64,000 nt of DNA from Eledone cirrhosa (taxonomy: Eukaryota), in assembly GCA_964016885.1 (NCBI GenBank), contig OZ024740.1, forward strand, positions 20,336,001 through 20,400,000. Reading direction: 5' to 3'. Below the pieces are notes generated by a model that ran no database searches, was not told the origin of the DNA, and worked only from the letters and a program-made list of their open reading frames with translations. Positions 51,952 to 64,000 of the stretch are shown piece by piece (within the stretch, counting starts at the first letter, position 1; every line of letters begins with the position of its first letter). A program made the translations under genes and the position numbers.

Positions 51952-52269
51952 CTCTGGGTCCCAAATAATAGCAGGGGTTGGGGGCTTGGAACATCGGTAA
52001 TTTTTCTAGGTTGTCTCCGTTCATTTTAAAATAAAAAACAGAATTAGTTGTTAATTTTACTTATTAAGACTCCAACCCATCCTATTTATTTTATAATGTA
52101 TGGGATTTCTAGTAATGTACTTTTTTTGTCATGTATAATGTCTAAAGAACATTGTGACAGGAAAATTTCGCTGGAGATAGATTAGCAAAATTTAATAAGC
52201 AGAGGAGTTGGAAAAAAACTGAAAAATGAATAGGGACGGGGGCAGGGGCGATTATTTGAGACCCGAGAG
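51952..52269. mobile_element. ~320-bp MITE with 19-20-bp TIRs
   Basis: actctgggtcccaaataat (51951) matches the reverse complement of attatttgagacccgagagt (52251-52270). Flanks are TA and TG. Confidence 0.65.
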
Positions 52270-53069
52270 TGCCACATTAATTTCAGCAGTGTTGAAAGCC
52301 CTACAAAGGTGTATGAGCCCTGCCCATACACCTTTGACAAGCTTGTACACACACACACACATACACACGTACGTACGTACGTCAATATCCAACCATGTTT
52401 GAGTTTGTTGTAGGTGGTTATGTATTTTTGTATGAAAGAACTTCAGTTTGACATCTGTTAAATTTGACACTTGTTTGTATATGAAACTCTGAGTTAGGAC
52501 ATTTGATGTGTGAGTATCTGATATTATTGCCATACACGGGATGTAGATGAGCTCTGAGACAATGTTTCATAGATATTCTCAGATATTTCAGATTTGAACA
52601 TATTTGGCAAGTGCCCCGGCTGCAGAGATGCTATAAAAATGTTTAATTTCTCATAAAATACATGAGCAGTGAATATACATTTTCGTGTATACGGCTGAGA
52701 TGGCTCTTCAATGGTGTACTTGTTCCTGGTATTGTTTTATGTTCATTTAAGCAATTCAAATGCTTCACAATTCTTAGACATTTTGTTGAGTCCGGTCCAG
52801 TGAAAAATATCTTAGGAGGCATGAATAAAGAGAACAAGCTACCTTTCCATGTCAACCTGCATGTGTGTTTCTTACTCAGCATATTGTCTTCTTATTTTAA
52901 CCCTTAAACTCTGCGTGTGTGGGTGTGTGTATGCACGTGAGTGTGTGTGTGTGTGTGCATGTGTGGAGATAGAACAGCATGCTTACATGTGAAATATGCT
53001 GTGAATGTTAACATGTCAGTTCTCCTCTACTAACCTCTGTCTGGCTGTTCTCGCTAACCTTTTTCACAG

Positions 53070-53198
53070 GAAGAGGAGTTTCGACAAAAGCACGAAGCCA
53101 TGATGAATCAACAGAAACATGAGTCTCAAATATTGAAGCAGCAACTCGAGGAACAACGGACAAAAACTGCTTCAAAGGATTTGGTGGGCATGACAAAG
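53070..53198 (+). CDS. 129-bp coiled-coil exon (phase 0 to 0)
   Basis: Branch-like ctaac plus ctttttcacag acceptor, and aag|gtgtgt donor. Reads EEEFRQKHEAMMNQQKHESQILKQQLEEQRTKTASKDLVGMTK. Confidence 0.85.
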
Positions 53199-54428
53199 GT
53201 GTGTAAAATGGCGCGACACAAACTCCTTCCTTCCTTTCTTCCTTCCTTCTGAAAGTTCCAGACACTCTTCTCTCATTTTTTTTCTCTCACCACTTCCTAC
53301 TCCCAAACCTTTTAGAACCTATAGTTGTCTGTCGTAGAGATGATATTGATGTAGTTCTGATTGATTTATATCTTTGATGGTGAAATATATTTTATCTCTT
53401 TATTTCATTTTATTGTCTTCAGTTGTTTTAGTTAACTTCTTTGCATGCCTCTTACAGTTCTGCCTCATTTCATTACCAGATTCCATATTTGGTCTGTTCA
53501 GTTTTTGTCTCAAATCATAATTGTTAAACATGTCTTGTTTTTTTTTCTTTTGTTTTGTATATTTTCTGGAATTAATAATTAATCACCTATTCACTAATTT
53601 TGATGTTGTTCTTCTTCTTGGTGTTATTGAATAACCCCCTTCCTCTTCTTTTTAAGGTCAGACCTTCGATTCTAGCATGTTACGAATGTAATACATTAGT
53701 CACTTGTGAGATCTTACTGGTATATACTGTGCCATATAGTAGTGTTATGTGTGGTATTGTGGAGGTGTAGCTCCACCATTTAGTACTGTCTCAAGGTTTT
53801 TACTTGACATAACACTCTGGCTCTACTGTATCCAGTATTTGGTTTCCAAGTTTTTGTTTTTATTTTATAAAATAATTACAATATGTTTCTTGTGTCTTCA
53901 AATATTATTTATATCCCTGAAGTTGGTTTATTATGCCTGCTAAATCTTTTCTCTTACTTTCTTCATGATAACAGGTAAGGCCAGTATGCATGTTTTGTGT
54001 TTTGTCATTCTCTTTCAACAGCTTATAGTTTAAAGTAAAGCAGGGACAGAGGGAAGGAATTTTGGTGAAAATTTCGATTAAATTTCGATTTTAAGAATTA
54101 AAAACAAAATAAGAAATTGCGTTTAGGTTTATGTCGCTCTAGTTCCAAAACATAATAAAGTCAGTTTTGTTGACTTTCATTAAAGATTTTTTCGGTTTTG
54201 TTTTGAAAGGAAAATCAGTGGAAACAGTAGTTTAAAGAGGGAGTCATTTTTTTGGATGGAATATTGTTAGTGGGGTCTCTAAAAAGATTATAGTAATATG
54301 AAGGTATTTCTTCAGTAAATTATATATATAATGTGTGTTATATATATATATATATAATGTCGGGGAGTAACCACAGTAAGAAAGGTACTCAATACATTAG
54401 TAAATTGTAAACATCATGTTTAATATAG

Positions 54429-54535
54429 AAATGGCTTCTACAGGACTAGAGCTGTTTCATTGAAAATAAATCATCAGGAAAGCTTTGCTGGTGATTTCTT
54501 ATGAATGAAACGGTTCTAGTCCTGTAGAAGCCATT

Positions 54536-54536
<1 letters not shown>
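54429..54536. repeat. ~108-bp hairpin with a hammerhead-like core
   Basis: aaatggcttctacaggactagagctgtttcatt pairs with aatgaaacggttctagtcctgtagaagccattt. Minus strand has cctgatga..gaaacagct. Confidence 0.85.
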
Positions 54537-54574
<38 letters not shown>

Positions 54575-54629
54575 GTATGTATATATATAAGTGTTGAAGT
54601 TTACTTCAAGCATTGTGGAATAATAAAGA

Positions 54630-55257
54630 GTCATTTTGGAAGTCTCAACAATGCAGATTGGTAAATCTCCAGGTAACAGAATCAGGTGGTAATTAGAAAG
54701 CGATGTAAGAGGAAGTGTAGAAAGAGACGTAGAGAGCATAAAAGAACGTAGGAAAAGCATAAAAAATAATAACATGAAATAGAGTTACCTTGGAAGTGAT
54801 TGAATAGTCCCTGTATTTTGGATTTCACATCCATTAACTGGGGGTTTTCTGAGGGTAAAAAGTTATGTTGGAGAGGGACAACACATGGCCTCTGCTGTTT
54901 ACTGTGTGCATACAACTAAGTTGGACGTTGGAGAGGGACAACACGTGGCCTCCACTGTGTGTACAACTTAGTTGTATGCACACAGTAAACAGCAGAGGCC
55001 ATGTGTTGTCCCTCTCCAACATAACTTTTTCCCCTTGGAAAACCCCCAGTTAATGGATGTGAAATCCAAAATACAGGGACTATTAAATCACTTCCAAGGT
55101 AACTCTATTTCATATCATTATTTTTTATGCTTTTCCTACGTTCTTTTATGCTCTCTACGTCTCTTTCTACACTTCCTCTTACATCGCTTTCTAATTACCA
55201 CCTGATTCTGTTACCTGGAGATTTACCAATCTGCATTGTTGAGGCTTCCAAAACGAC
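54630..55257. repeat. 628-bp fold-back, ~295-bp near-identical arms with a ~39-bp spacer
   Basis: Mirror ORFs 54682..54915(-) and 54972..55205(+). Arms run gtcattttggaagtctcaac... and ...gttgaggcttccaaaacgac, centred on 54943.5, with (TA)n on both sides. Confidence 0.97.
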
Positions 55258-55272
55258 TATATATATATATAT

Positions 55273-55350
<78 letters not shown>

Positions 55351-55456
55351 TTGTTAAGAGTCTGTGTTGTTGTCATTGTTGTTGTTAGTTGTTTCATGAT
55401 TCTCTTGCATTGATTCAGAAATAATCTGTATTTTTTCCATCTCTTGTTGTGAACAG

Positions 55457-55526
55457 CGATCTCCCGGAGATTCCTCTATCAGTTATAGTAGCAGTACAGC
55501 AGGGACTAAAACGGCTACAAAAACAG
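55457..55526 (+). CDS. 70-bp exon (phase 0 to 1)
   Basis: ttttccatctcttgttgtgaacag acceptor and a perfect cag|gtaagt donor. Reads RSPGDSSISYSSSTAGTKTATKT. Confidence 0.8.
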
Positions 55527-57533
55527 GTAAGTTCACACCTATGGCCCTTAAACATCTTTAAGTTTGCTGGTCTTCCTTGCTCTCTGGTGTTGGGTTTCTA
55601 TAGCTCATTAATCTTTGGGGTGAGGCATTGTCTTAGGAAGGAATAAGGGAAATGATCTTTATTTACAATAACCACTGAGGTAAATACTGTGTTTATTTAA
55701 GTATTTTATTTTGATTTCATTTTTTATGTGGTTGTAATAAGTACTGTTTGTGTGCGTGTATGTGTGATAAGTACTATGTGTGTGTGTGTATGTGTGTGTT
55801 ATTCCTCCCCCTTCACCTGTGTATGATGTGAATATGTGGTGGTGTTGTTGTAGTAGTTCACATTTAGAAGTCAATATCGTGATGTTTCCAAGCACTCATT
55901 GCTCACACTGCATTCTTGTTATTGCACCCACAACTGTCACATGTTGTAATGGATGGCGACTCTGAGTATTTAGGTGGAGCAGTTGCACTGTCATAGTTAC
56001 TGTCAGTATTTAGTCATACCTTAACCTTAAGTTAATTACCTATAGCAGAAAGTATTCAATAGTAAGACAACCAGAGTGTTTCAAGTTGCTATTCCATGTA
56101 ATTTACCTCTGATTACTCTGTTTTGTGTGACCTTCAGGTGAAGTACCTTATCTGAAGAATGTTATATATGAGAAACTCCTGAATGATATTTTTCTTGGTT
56201 TAAGTATTCTAAAACACACGTACTTCAGATTTCTCTATATTCTCAAAGTACTTCACAGAGAAGTGGCCTTCTAATACAACATAATATCAATGATCAACAG
56301 GTTTTGAAGAAATTTCTGTTCCTTCAAAGAACTCTAATTAAAAATTACAGTTGGTCATCAACTATTTCCCATTCAATTTAGTATTTTAAACAATTTCGTT
56401 AAACATTTTTCTTTGTGCTTTTCAATATTCTACTTTAACTAATCTTGATTCACAGCTGTTTCAAAGTACCACTGATGTACTGGAATGAAGTGGATTTTAC
56501 AAAAAGGATATAAAGTATAAAAGCCAGCATATTCTGACACCACACAAATAATTCAACTCTCCATACAGCCAACAAGTTTCTCCACTTGTGGCCCTAATCT
56601 TAAAACTATTGCAAAATTTTAATGAAAATTTATTTCACTACACTTAACCTGACACAATTTTTATCTAACATGAATCACATAAAGTTTAGTACCTCTTCCT
56701 CAAACTGCCTTACTGTCAACTTGACTTTAAGAGTTCTGCTAACAAGCCTATTTACAGGGCTACAGTTTGAAATAATGCAGTTTCTTGATCATACATTTAA
56801 TTAACTGCAAATTCTTTCAAATTATGGTACAATCAACATTTGTACACTTCTCACCATCACCTAAGAAATGCTAATACCAGTTTGGCTAAATTTATCTAGA
56901 AACTTTGATCTCACAGCACATCTTGAAATTTGGTGTTTTCCTTTATATCAATCATATTATAGATTGAATTGGACAGTCGTTGCCCTACCTATTGTTCCAT
57001 CTCACTGTGTGTATGCATGTGTGTGTGTTTATATATGTATGTATACACACATATATATGAATGTATATATATTTGTATATAATCTTTTTTTTGTCTATTT
57101 CACAAATATATTCTTAGTTATATTCATTTTTAATGATGTTGTTGGTGTTTTTATTATTTTTATTAGTAGTATTAGCATAATTATTTTTTTTTGTGTTAAT
57201 TTGCAATCATTGTTTCACCTTTTAATCAACTATTTCAATGTTTGTATCATCACATCACCTCTCATTTCACTATCATTTCACCTCATGTGTTGTTAATTGT
57301 CCTTACAACATGGTCACAATGTTTCAGCAAGCTGTGTATTAGCTAAACTGATAAAGCTTAGTGAATAATGCCTTGCTGACATGTCATAGCCCTGTTGTAA
57401 GACTATAAATACATTTTTTTTTATACATTACTGTTTTTTTAACTGAGTTCTTTCTCACTTGTGGGCGACTACGATCCCAAGATTGGAACCACACATATAA
57501 ACATACATTTTACACACACACACACACACACAC

Positions 57534-57568
<35 letters not shown>

Positions 57569-57592
57569 CACATGCACACTCACATATATATA

Positions 57593-57690
57593 CAGGGTGT
57601 CCCCAAAAATGTATACACACTTTGATTACCTGTACAGGCAATATTTATTAGAATGCTGTTGAAGTGTGTATACATTTTTTAGGACACCTT
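57593..57690. mobile_element. Short Tc1-like MITE
   Basis: ta-cagggtgtccccaaaaatgtatacacactt...aagtgtgtatacattttttaggacacctt-ata. Confidence 0.75.
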
Positions 57691-57891
57691 ATATATATAT
57701 ATATACATACATACCCACACACAGATATATATACACACAGATATCACAGTACAGCCACAGTCCACTGGTTGAAACTAGTAAAACAGTATACACCAACATA
57801 TACATGTAAGAATGTCTTCACCTCTGACAGTCTCCTCTCTGTTACATCTCCATTATTCCATAAATCATTTGCCGTTATCTCACCTGTTCAG

Positions 57892-59000
57892 AACACCTCT
57901 ACTACAACCTTAACCACAATTACAACTAACACTTCAACAACAACAACACACCACAGCACACAAGTCTATACAACTTCACAAAACCTCTACTACAACCTTA
58001 ACCACAATTACAACCAACACTTCAACCACAACAACAACACACCACAGCACACAAGTCTATACAACTTCACAAAACCTCTACTACAACCTTAGCCACAATT
58101 ACAACCAACACTACAACGATCACACCTACCACCACTGTCTCCACAAGCTTGCAACACTTCCACTACAACCACAGCACAGTCTCTTCATTTTCACAACACT
58201 TCTACTACAACCACAACTACAGCATATCACAGTTTCTAAAGCCCCACAACTACAACACAAGTCTCTGCAATCTCACAACACTTCTATTAGTACCACACAT
58301 GACAACTGCTACATTAAACAGCTATCACACACTTCAACACCACCCACTACAACTGCTACACACAAGTTACCATACACCAGAACGCAACCTACCACAACGA
58401 CTGATCCTACAACCTACCACAACGACTGATCCTACAACCTACCACAACGACTGATCCTACAACCTACCACAACGACTGATCCTACAACCTACCACAACGA
58501 CTGATCCTACAACCTACCACAACGACTGATCCTACAACCTACCACAACCACAAGCTGCAGTTGTTATACACCAGAACACATCCCATACCACAACATACCA
58601 CCTCACAACACAACACTACACAACACTACACAACACCACATACCACCTCACAACAACACAACATACCACCTCACAACATCACATACCACCTCACAACGTA
58701 CCACCTCACAACACCACACATCACATCACACCTCACAACACCACGTATCACAACATACCACCTCACAACACCACACACAACAACATATCACCCTCACAAC
58801 ATCACATACCACCTCACAACGTTCCACCTCACAACACCACACACCACCTCACAACATCACAACATACCACCTCACAACACCACGCATCACAACATACCAC
58901 CTCACAACACCACACACCACCTCACAACTTCACAACATACCACCTCACAACATCACAACACCATACACAACAACATACCACCTCACAACACCACACTAAC
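57892..59000. repeat. C/A-rich low-complexity region including a 25-bp array (58388-58548)
   Basis: Unit ctgatcctacaacctaccacaacga, about 6 copies. Recurrent cataccacctcacaaca downstream. Confidence 0.9.
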
Positions 59001-59010
59001 AAGAACACAG

Positions 59011-59166
59011 CATACAATGTCAGGCCCTTTGTACTTGATAAAGGAAAGTCTCTTGGAACCGGCAACAAAATCACACCTACAGGGAACCGAAGAACCACAA
59101 AGCTAGGGCTCTCATCATCATCTCCTTCATCAGCAGCACCCCTTCCTCCTCATCAAAACGACAAAG
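59011..59166 (+). CDS. Exon (phase 1 to 1), 5' boundary uncertain
   Basis: Strong aag|gtatgt donor. Reads (A)YNVRPFVLDKGKSLGTGNKITPTGNRRTTKLGLSSSSPSSAAPLPPHQNDK in phase with the previous exon. The acceptor lacks a T-rich tract. Confidence 0.6.
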
Positions 59167-59947
59167 GTATGTATGTCTGTCTGTATGTTTGTATGCCATG
59201 GTTGGGTTTCACATCTCCGAGCAGTGACCTTCCCTTGATTGCTCCTTGTTTTTCACTTGGTGGTGGTGGGTCTGGTTGTGGTCATGGTTTTCTCTATGGC
59301 CTGGAATACTCTTCCTACTACTGATATTCTTGCTTTTACTACTACTAGTGTTATTACTATTCCTACCACCATCACCTCTACTATTATTATTACTAACTAC
59401 TACTTCAACTGTTACTACTATTACTACTACTGCAACTGTTACTTCTCCTACTACTATTACTTACATTCACTACTTCCAGTGCTTTTGACTTCTCTGATGC
59501 CTTCTCTTCCTTTTTTCTTCCTTTTCTCTGTCTTCCTTCTACTTTACTCCTATTACCAACCTCTCCCTCATAAGCCTAACAAGAGTATCTAAGACTATAA
59601 ACATTATCCAATATTCTTAAGACACTAGTGTGAAATATTTGGGGTGGAGTTATGGCTGCTGTTATTCCTACTAGGTTCACCAACCAACCACGTAGACGTT
59701 TCCTTGCTCACTTGCAAGGTTCAACTGCTGAATTATTAAAATTACTAACAATTTGTTAATATGTTCAAACTTAGCTACTAAGTTGTTGATACAACCTTGG
59801 GCAAAGGTATGTAACTCTGCTAACCTCAGTCTACCTGGGTGACAAAATAGATACCACTGCCAGTGTTTTACAGCTGAGTAGTTAGCAGTTAAGAATACAG
59901 CACAGCAAAATAGTTAAGAAATTTGCTTCACTATCATGGTTTCAAGT

Positions 59948-60276
59948 TTAACCCTTTAGCATTTAAAATGGCTGTATCCAACCAGAATTCTCTTGCCTCT
60001 TTCTGTTCAAACCAGCCATAACCAGCTCCTCATACTGACATTAAGGTATTGTTCCCCAAATAACTTATATGAAAATCTTGTAGATTCGAAATTATGTGAG
60101 ATAAAGCCTTTACTGTGAAAATACAATAGTATATATATAGTAATGTAAATGTTATGTGAGATATTATGTGAGATAAAGCCTTTACTATGAAAATACAATA
60201 GTATATATAGAGTAATGTAATGGTAAAGAGTTAATACAATAGAAAATATAGAGTAATATAAATGGTAAAGAGTTAA
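59948..60276. mobile_element. TTAA MITE family 1 (duplicated right end) nested in a SINE head
   Basis: ttaaccctttagcattt...aaagagttaa. The flanks rejoin as ggtttcaagt-ttaa-tcccactgtgtggcacc, a SINE B-box region. Confidence 0.82.
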
Positions 60277-60795
60277 TCCCACTGTGTGGCACCATGTGTG
60301 TCTTTATTTGACTATAACACCAGGTTGGGTCAAGACATGAGTAAACTTGGGTTGATAGAAACGTTTTGGAAGCCTGTCAGATGAACTAAATCTGTAATTC
60401 AAAGGGCCAACATTATCACCGTGTCATGCTGGATCTCCCTGAGGGAACACAAGTCTGTTGAATACTCAGCTACTTGCAGATTAATTTAACAAGGTCATTC
60501 TGTTCATGAAACAATTAGACCAGTCATAATTGAATTTGAAGCAAGTTCACAGTTTTCAAACTAACTGCTTCAACAATTAGCAAAGGTTTAAATTTGTTTA
60601 AATGAATGAGTCAGGAAGGCTCAGCTATGCTAAGGCCATGGCAACTTGCCTAGAGTTGGTGCCACTCTAAAATGCACTCAGTATAGTGTGAGATTGTATG
60701 TCAGACCTCTCGCTCTCCTTGAGGTCACAACTCTGCTTGAGTATTAACTGACCTGTGACAACATGTCCAAACCTTACTAGTGGGGATAAAAGACG

Positions 60796-61028
60796 TTAAC
60801 CATTTCATGACCACATTTCTAATGAAATAAAGTCTATTTTGATTAATGAAGAATTTTGAGGGCTTTCTTAAAATTATTATTTTATTGCTAAGATTGTAAC
60901 TTAATGTAAGGTTCTTATATAAAATTATGCTGGAAGATTTCAATTTAAATTTGAAACCTTAAAAATGGGTGATTTTATTTCATAGAACCAGAGCCGGGTT
61001 TTGGTCGGGCTGGTAACTAAAGGGTTAA
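60796..61028. mobile_element. TTAA MITE family 2, inverted
   Basis: ttaaccatttcatgacc...ggtaactaaagggttaa. Confidence 0.85.
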
Positions 61029-61631
61029 ACGATGATAATGATGGTGATAATGATGAATTGAAGGACAGCAGTTGTATCCCTGACACTGTCATTACATGCT
61101 TCCTTCAAAACAATGTATACATCATCACTCACCCAGTTGATCAGTCTCCTGTTGATTGAACTCCAGTTGTCTAGACAAGTGGATCACATCATAGCATCTG
61201 CGGAGGTAATACTGGGCATGTGTAAACTAAGTTGAACATTTTATGTAGTTTATTAAACACGTGCTATTGTATATCCATTCTCTATGTATAAACATTTCTC
61301 TCTTTCAATTGCTATTCTTGCTGTTTACCAATCTGTGAGTGGAATAATCCTACTGGAGAAGGTAGGGATCTCTGGAAATATTCATTGAAATAAGTATCCT
61401 TGGTAGTGAAAAGGTTGGGAACCACTGGTGCAGTCTAAATTGCTTGACTTATGTGGCTAATACTCTTGGGAAAAGCACGACTACCTCAGCTTTACTCTTC
61501 TTTATTCTCCCAAGCAAATTTCTCTATTCTTCAAAAGAATTTTGTCATTCTGCCAAAAGAGGTTTCTTATTCTGCCGAAAACTAATTTTCCTTCTGACAA
61601 ATATTTTGTCATCACCAGCATTATCATTAAA

Positions 61632-61852
61632 CATCATCATCATCATCATAACTAATATCATCACTATTATTACCATCATCAATGCTATCATCATCATCAT
61701 AACTAATATCATCACTATTATTACCATCATCAATGCTATCATCATCATCATAACTAATATCATCACTATTATTACCATCATCAATGCTATCATCATCATC
61801 ATCATAACTAATATCACCACTATTATTACCACCATCAATGCTATCATCACCA
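61632..61852. repeat. 51-bp (ATC-rich) tandem repeat, about 4 copies
   Basis: aatgctatc at 61681, 61732 and 61783. Confidence 0.9.
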
Positions 61853-62084
61853 TCCTCCTTGTTGTACCTTTCTCTGCTTGCTACCCACATCTCCTCCAAA
61901 CCTCCATGTTCATAATCACTGCTCCACACACCCAAGGGGTGGTGAGGCATAACTACCCTACAATCCATGCCCTACCATAACTCTTGGAGTTCCCTTTTTT
62001 TTTCTTTTGCTTTTTAGTTAGTGGTTTTCATTTTTACATTTTTATTGTTTTGAATATTTTTTTTTATTTCATTCAGCATGTTTT

Positions 62085-62133
<49 letters not shown>

Positions 62134-62657
62134 CTATATATGTAGAAGGCATGAATTTTTATCAAATGACTTTTCCTTGAGTAACTTTATAAATATATTT
62201 TGTAGAATGATTTTAAATACAGAATCATTTTAAATGTAGAATATTTTTTTTAAAAAGTAACAGATTTTTAGTCCTTTTGGTACCATACCTTTATTTAATG
62301 ACAGACACAGCCTATGATTTTCATATAATTTAGGAAAAAAAGAAAAAGAATTTTGAGGGATTTAGTAATAGAACTAACTTTCTCATTACATTTGGAGCAT
62401 AACTTAAAGGTTCTTACATAATGTTTTAGATTAATATAATCAATTTAAAACAAACAGTTTTGTATTGTAAAACTAAGAGCGTTTTCAGGTGGTTTAGTAT
62501 GAAAAGGAGTTTTAAAATTTCTACTAATTTCACAAATCATAGATGATTATTTGAAACATTAAAACCATAATATTCATTTGCTGGTTGCATCATAATTTCA
62601 TTTTCTTGGCAGACCATCAAACTATCACAAATCATGGCTGTTGGCAATATTATATAT

Positions 62658-63035
62658 ATATAGTGAAATAAAATAACAAGGAGGATTGGTTACTCCTTCA
62701 TTACATTTATTGGTTGGTGGCGCGCGTTCCGCCACTGATCAGTTCAAGGTTTGATCGGTATCGATCTGATTCATTTTTCCATTACCATTACAAGGGGTCT
62801 GACGAGCTGCGGATTACAGAGTCGGGTCAGATTGATACAGATCGAACCTTGAGCTGATCAGTGGCGAAACGCGCATCACCAATCAATAAGCGTAATGAAG
62901 GAGTAACCAATTGTCCTTGTTATTTTATTTCACTATATTACACTCTGTCTAGCTCTACACCTCGACACTGAAGTGAACCTAAACATCGAGTGCTCACCCG
63001 GGTGAACCTACAGTAACTCCAAGTTACACTCCCTG
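62658..63035 (+). mobile_element. (TA)n-flanked fold-back element, probable Penelope-like pseudo-LTR remnant
   Basis: Arms 62658-62769 and ~62827-62938 (atatagtgaaataaaataacaagg / ccttgttattttatttcactatat), plus ~100 bp of unique tail. (TA)n on both sides. Confidence 0.75.
62796..62880 (+). ncRNA. Type I hammerhead ribozyme motif (one stem III mismatch)
   Basis: ggt-CTGACGA-gctgc...gtggc-GAAAC-gcgc-ATC-acc. Stem I GGT/ACC, stem II GCUGC/GUGGC, predicted cleavage after C62877. Confidence 0.7.
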
Positions 63036-63036
63036 G

Positions 63037-63069
<33 letters not shown>

Positions 63070-64000
63070 TAAAATGAAAACCACATTTATTCAAATTCCA
63101 TCTTTAATTTCAACAATTTTTCTATAGATAAATACAGTGCCAGTACATAGAATCAATCAATTAATCTGTCAAATAATTAATAATTTAAATGGCACTCTAT
63201 ATATATATAAATATTTATAAAACAATAACAGAAGGCTGGACTAGAAAATATGCTTTAATTTTAATTCATTGAAATCATTATACATATTTAAATGGCAGAG
63301 CTCCATCATCCAATTATGATGCAAGGCAGGACAATCTCATCAGGTAACTTCAACAGGATATATATATATTCTATAGATTGTATTTACAAAATTATTCTAT
63401 GTAAAGTAGTTCAAATGAAACAATGTTTGATAAAAAGACATTTGATAAAAAGTTACAATACCATATGTATATGTGTGTGTTTACGCTCTCAGCATGTTAT
63501 TGTTACTCTGTGTGTTTCAATGTTTGTCGTGTACCACTGAGTGTGTATGATTAAAATATCATCATTCACACTATATTGCTTCCATGTCTTGATGATTACC
63601 TCTTTTGTTATTTATTATTCCTAATTTTACCCCCCACCTACAAGGCAGTACCCCCTCCCCACTCCTCATGGGACATTTATTTCAATGTATTTTTTTTTCT
63701 TTGTTTTTTATGCCTTTTTTACATATTTGATCTCAGCCTCACCTCCACTGTCTTCTGATTTGTCCTTGTAATGTCCCTTTTGACCATCACTCTTGTGTAG
63801 CAATTAGATTAGATATACAGAATCACTACAAGGTCAGATAAAATACTTTGCTGATTTTGTTCTGACCCTTTGTTTTCTGTTTAAATCTTACTGAAGTCAT
63901 CCTTGCCCCTTTTTTTATCCTTCCAGAGAAGCACCAGTCAAATACTAGATTTAATCAGCTAACCCCACCTTCTCCAAATTTATTTATATATTATTATTAT

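Noticed and set aside
56100-56990. Possible decayed hAT transposase on the minus strand (QVDS.., TSGE-like residues)
   Set aside because: The motifs are too degenerate to support by eye. It needs a profile search.
61545-61968. Asp-rich and Met/Ile-rich ORFs
   Set aside because: These are translations of the 51-bp ATC-rich tandem repeat.
63299-63343. Candidate 45-bp downstream exon (ELHHPIMMQGRTISS, cag|gtaact)
   Set aside because: The phase is compatible, but the acceptor is weak and the exon too short to support without transcript data.
63927-64000. Apparent acceptor ttttatccttccag with an open frame
   Set aside because: The surrounding sequence matches a decayed SINE family 2 copy (caccagtcaaatact..ccccaccttctccaaattt).

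Overview
Eukaryotic, AT-rich, microsatellite-dense genomic DNA. The repeat content (RTE LINEs with (GAT)n tails, tRNA-derived SINEs, TTAA MITEs, (TA)n/(CA)n/(CAT)n tracts) suggests an octopus or related coleoid cephalopod; this is an inference. There are no rRNA, bona fide tRNA or CRISPR loci, and most long ORFs in the track are artefacts of satellites and microsatellites. I find a + strand multi-exon gene fragment: 8 phase-consistent GT-AG exons over 25441-59166, about 456 aa of Q/E coiled-coil plus Ser/Thr-rich sequence, identity unknown. Its introns and upstream flank hold RTE LINE copies, SINEs, a nearly intact mariner, several MITE families, a CRE-clade retrotransposon relic and minisatellites of 24-87 bp, several apparently seeded inside TE copies. 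The most striking signal is a set of fold-back elements docked in (TA)n tracts that carry hammerhead-ribozyme-like cores (CTGANGA...GAAAC..[palindrome]..TH), consistent with Penelope-like pseudo-LTR remnants. The clearest is at 62658-63035. All calls were made by eye, without alignment or folding tools.
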